Origin: an uncultured Alphaproteobacteria bacterium
GTDB lineage: Bacteria; Pseudomonadota; Alphaproteobacteria; Rhizobiales; Xanthobacteraceae
Assembly (NCBI GenBank): GCA_963770355.1
Contig: CAVYPL010000014.1
Coordinates: forward strand, 41,370-105,369
Reading direction: 5' to 3'
Length of the DNA stretch: 64,000 nt
The notes beneath the pieces were generated by a model that was given only the letters and a program-made list of their open reading frames with translations, was not told the DNA's origin and ran no database searches. Of this stretch, positions 62,026 to 64,000 are shown one piece after another (within the stretch, counting starts at the first letter, position 1; every line of letters starts with the position of its first letter). The position numbers and the translations under genes were made by a program.

Positions 62026-62754
62026 TCAAGCAGCTTGCTGCAACGGCGCCCAGGCGAACTCCGGATAATATTGCAGCATCATCCGGTCGACATAGGCGGT
62101 GAGGTTTGCGAACTGTTCGGTCCGCTGCCGCAACGGCGATTCGAAGAACGGGGTGAGGATTCCCGCCAACGCGCCGAATGCGGTGGCATCGGTGCCGCAG
62201 GGCGTATCTCCGAACAGATATGGCTTGTCGCCAAGCTGAACCGACAGCGCAAACAACGAGCGCACGGCGAGATCGACGTCCTCATCCGGCGCGTGGCGGC
62301 CGAGACCGCTGAGCAGATAGTTCTCGGCCACGCGGAACTGCGCGTCCTCGCGCATCTTCTCCCGCAAATGGTCCGGCGCACCATCGAAGAAGTGCGACGG
62401 ACCCTTTGCGAAATTCTCACTATCGACCCAGCGTGCACCGATCATTGCCCAATAGACATGGTGCTCGATCGTCCGCTCAAACGCCCAGGCCTGAGCGCGC
62501 GCCTGCAGGCTGAGCGGGGCGTCGAAATCGAAACCGTATTTGCCCTCGATATGCGCGCGAATGAAGGTGGAATCGGCGACGCTCTCAGCCTCGTCGACGA
62601 TGTAGGGCAGTTGCCCCTTGGGCGAGGCCGGCGGCTTCGCCCTCTCCTTGCGATAGGCAAGGCGGGCCATCTTGAGCTGGACCTCGGTCTTGGTCACAAA
62701 GGGGCTGATTTCCGGCAGACCGAAGCCCGCGCCGAAGCCATAAAGCGTAATCAT
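62026..62754 (-). CDS. glutathione S-transferase family protein
   Basis: ORF 62026..62970. The ATG at 62754 is preceded by AGGAG (MITLYGFGAGFGLPEISPFVTKTE...). GST N- and C-terminal domains are present. Confidence 0.8.
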   Translation of the reverse strand: MITLYGFGAGFGLPEISPFVTKTEVQLKMARLAYRKERAKPPASPKGQLPYIVDEAESVADSTFIRAHIEGKYGFDFDAPLSLQARAQAWAFERTIEHHVYWAMIGARWVDSENFAKGPSHFFDGAPDHLREKMREDAQFRVAENYLLSGLGRHAPDEDVDLAVRSLFALSVQLGDKPYLFGDTPCGTDATAFGALAGILTPFFESPLRQRTEQFANLTAYVDRMMLQYYPEFAWAPLQQAA

Positions 62755-62816
62755 CTGAGGCTCCTGATCTCCTGGAACGATGCCGACCGTAGCGAGGCGC
62801 TGCTGCCACCGTGGTG

Positions 62817-63062
62817 TCAGCAGCGGTGATGCCCGAGGTGAAACGGGCGCTGGCGGCCCACCATCCGGCGCGCCAGCAGCACAAACTGCCCTTGCGCCAA
62901 CGCCAGCATTGAGATGAATGAACGCACGGCGAGTTCCACCATCGCCCAACGCAGATCGGCGGTGACGCAATGGATGGTGATCAGGTGCTCCAACGCAAAC
63001 GTCTGGGCGGACAGGACGGGTTCGCGGCTTCCCTGGAGGCCGAACTGATTTAAAATCATCAT
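62817..63062 (-). CDS. hypothetical small protein (about 81 aa)
   Basis: ORF 62817..63068, with the first ATG at 63062. I recognise no family. It lies between the GST gene and the divergent WYL regulator, and its coding status is unproven. Confidence 0.3.
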   Translation of the reverse strand: MMILNQFGLQGSREPVLSAQTFALEHLITIHCVTADLRWAMVELAVRSFISMLALAQGQFVLLARRMVGRQRPFHLGHHRC

Positions 63063-63164
63063 GGACAAATTCCCTTCAGTTGAGGTGTTGTCCCGATATA
63101 CCCGCCCCCTGCTGCCAACATGCTGTCAGCATCAGCCGGGGCGGCCCAACAAAAGAGAAAAGCC

Positions 63165-63863
63165 ATGAGACGTGCCGACCGGCTGTTTCAGATCATTCAG
63201 GTGCTTCGCCGCACCCGAAAACCGCTGACGGCGGACGCGATCGCGGCCGAGCTTGAAACCTCGAAGCGGACCATCTACCGCGACATCGCCACCCTGATCG
63301 AACAGCGCGTTCCGATCCGCGGCGAGGCCGGCATGGGTTACATCCTGGAGAAGGGATTTGACCTCCCGCCCTTGATGCTGACGCCGGACGAGATCGAGGC
63401 GGCCGTGCTTGGCGCGCAATGGGTGGTCGGCCACGCCGATCCCGTGCTCGCGCGCGCCGCCCAGGACCTGATGGCGAAGATCGCCGAGACGGTCCCGGAA
63501 CGCCTGCGACCGTTTGTGCTCGAACCCGCCAGCCGCGCCCGGCCCGTCTGGAACCGGGAGCCCGACCGCATCGACATGGTGCGTACGCGCACCCAGATCC
63601 ACGAGGGCAAGAAGATCACGCTGAGCTATCGCGACGAACACGGCCGCCCAAGCGAGCGCACGATCTGGCCGATCGCCGTCGGCTACCACGAGGCGGTGCG
63701 GATTCTGGCGGCATGGTGCGAGTTGCGTAAGGATTTCCGCAGCTTTCGCACCGACCGTGTAGTCGACGCGATCTACCACGACGAAAAATATCCCGAACGG
63801 CGCGACCTGCTCCGGGCGAAATGGCGGCGGAGCCTGGTCTGGGAAGCGCCGAAAGATACTTGA
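63165..63863 (+). CDS. YafY-family transcriptional regulator (HTH + WYL domain)
   Basis: 232 aa from the ATG at 63165. The N-terminal MRRADRLFQIIQVLRRTRKPLTADAIAAELETSKRTIYRDIATL is followed by a WYL-type region (ITLSYRDEHGRPSERTIWPIAVGY). Confidence 0.85.
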   Translation: MRRADRLFQIIQVLRRTRKPLTADAIAAELETSKRTIYRDIATLIEQRVPIRGEAGMGYILEKGFDLPPLMLTPDEIEAAVLGAQWVVGHADPVLARAAQDLMAKIAETVPERLRPFVLEPASRARPVWNREPDRIDMVRTRTQIHEGKKITLSYRDEHGRPSERTIWPIAVGYHEAVRILAAWCELRKDFRSFRTDRVVDAIYHDEKYPERRDLLRAKWRRSLVWEAPKDT

Positions 63864-63898
63864 TGGCCCTTGGCTTCATTCCGCGCTAGACGAATCCA

Positions 63899-64000
63899 AT
63901 GGATAAGAGCAATCCCGTCATCGATATCGAAAGCCCCTGCCAGATCTGCGGCGCCTGCTGCAGCTATTCGCAAAACTGGCCGCGCTTCACCACCGAGGAC
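63899..64000 (+). CDS. YkgJ-family Cys-cluster protein, 5' fragment truncated by the window end
   Basis: The ATG at 63899 gives MDKSNPVIDIESPCQICGACCSYSQNWPRFTTED. The CxxCGxCC motif is typical of the family. Confidence 0.55.
   Translation, partial: MDKSNPVIDIESPCQICGACCSYSQNWPRFTTED

Overview
This is a high-GC alphaproteobacterial chromosome segment. The protein sequences and the characteristic nested palindromic intergenic repeats look Bradyrhizobium/Rhodopseudomonas-like (Nitrobacteraceae). About 55 protein-coding genes are supportable.

Gene content, left to right:
- A DUF1127 protein plus a globin, an M17 aminopeptidase and an NlpC/P60 peptidase.
- A yejABEF-type peptide ABC importer with two yejA binding-protein paralogs.
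- cycM, kdsB, pheA and an LLM oxidoreductase, then a clearly AT-rich gap followed by metF-metH.
- Two tandem zeta-class GST (maiA-like) genes and a roughly 700-bp repeat mosaic.
- A DUF3551 protein, a GST and glpK.
- A pim-like dicarboxylate/fatty-acid beta-oxidation cluster with an IclR regulator, plus a HAAT-family ABC importer carrying four tandem binding-protein paralogs.
- A glycerate kinase.
- A cou/tar-like hydroxycinnamate locus: a MarR regulator, an ABC importer, two further binding proteins, a thioesterase, an SDR, a CoA ligase, a crotonase, a DUF3237 protein, TRAP dctPQM and pobA.
- A PaaI thioesterase, a LysR regulator with a PNPOx-like gene, a GST, a WYL/YafY regulator and a truncated YkgJ-like gene.

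I saw no rRNA, tRNA, CRISPR array, transposase, integrase or phage genes. I do not see a convincing, wholly novel multi-gene system.

The observations most worth follow-up are:
- the four-fold binding-protein array, where each of the first three genes has its own terminator;
- two single-base frameshifts that hit the same catabolic locus;
- a GTTAT-N5-ATAAY motif confined to the three promoter gaps of the cou-like locus;
- the DUF3237 gene embedded in that operon;
- roughly 98-bp direct repeats bracketing the LysR/PNPOx module;
- the AT-rich leader upstream of metF.

All functional calls come from reading the translated ORFs. No database search was run.
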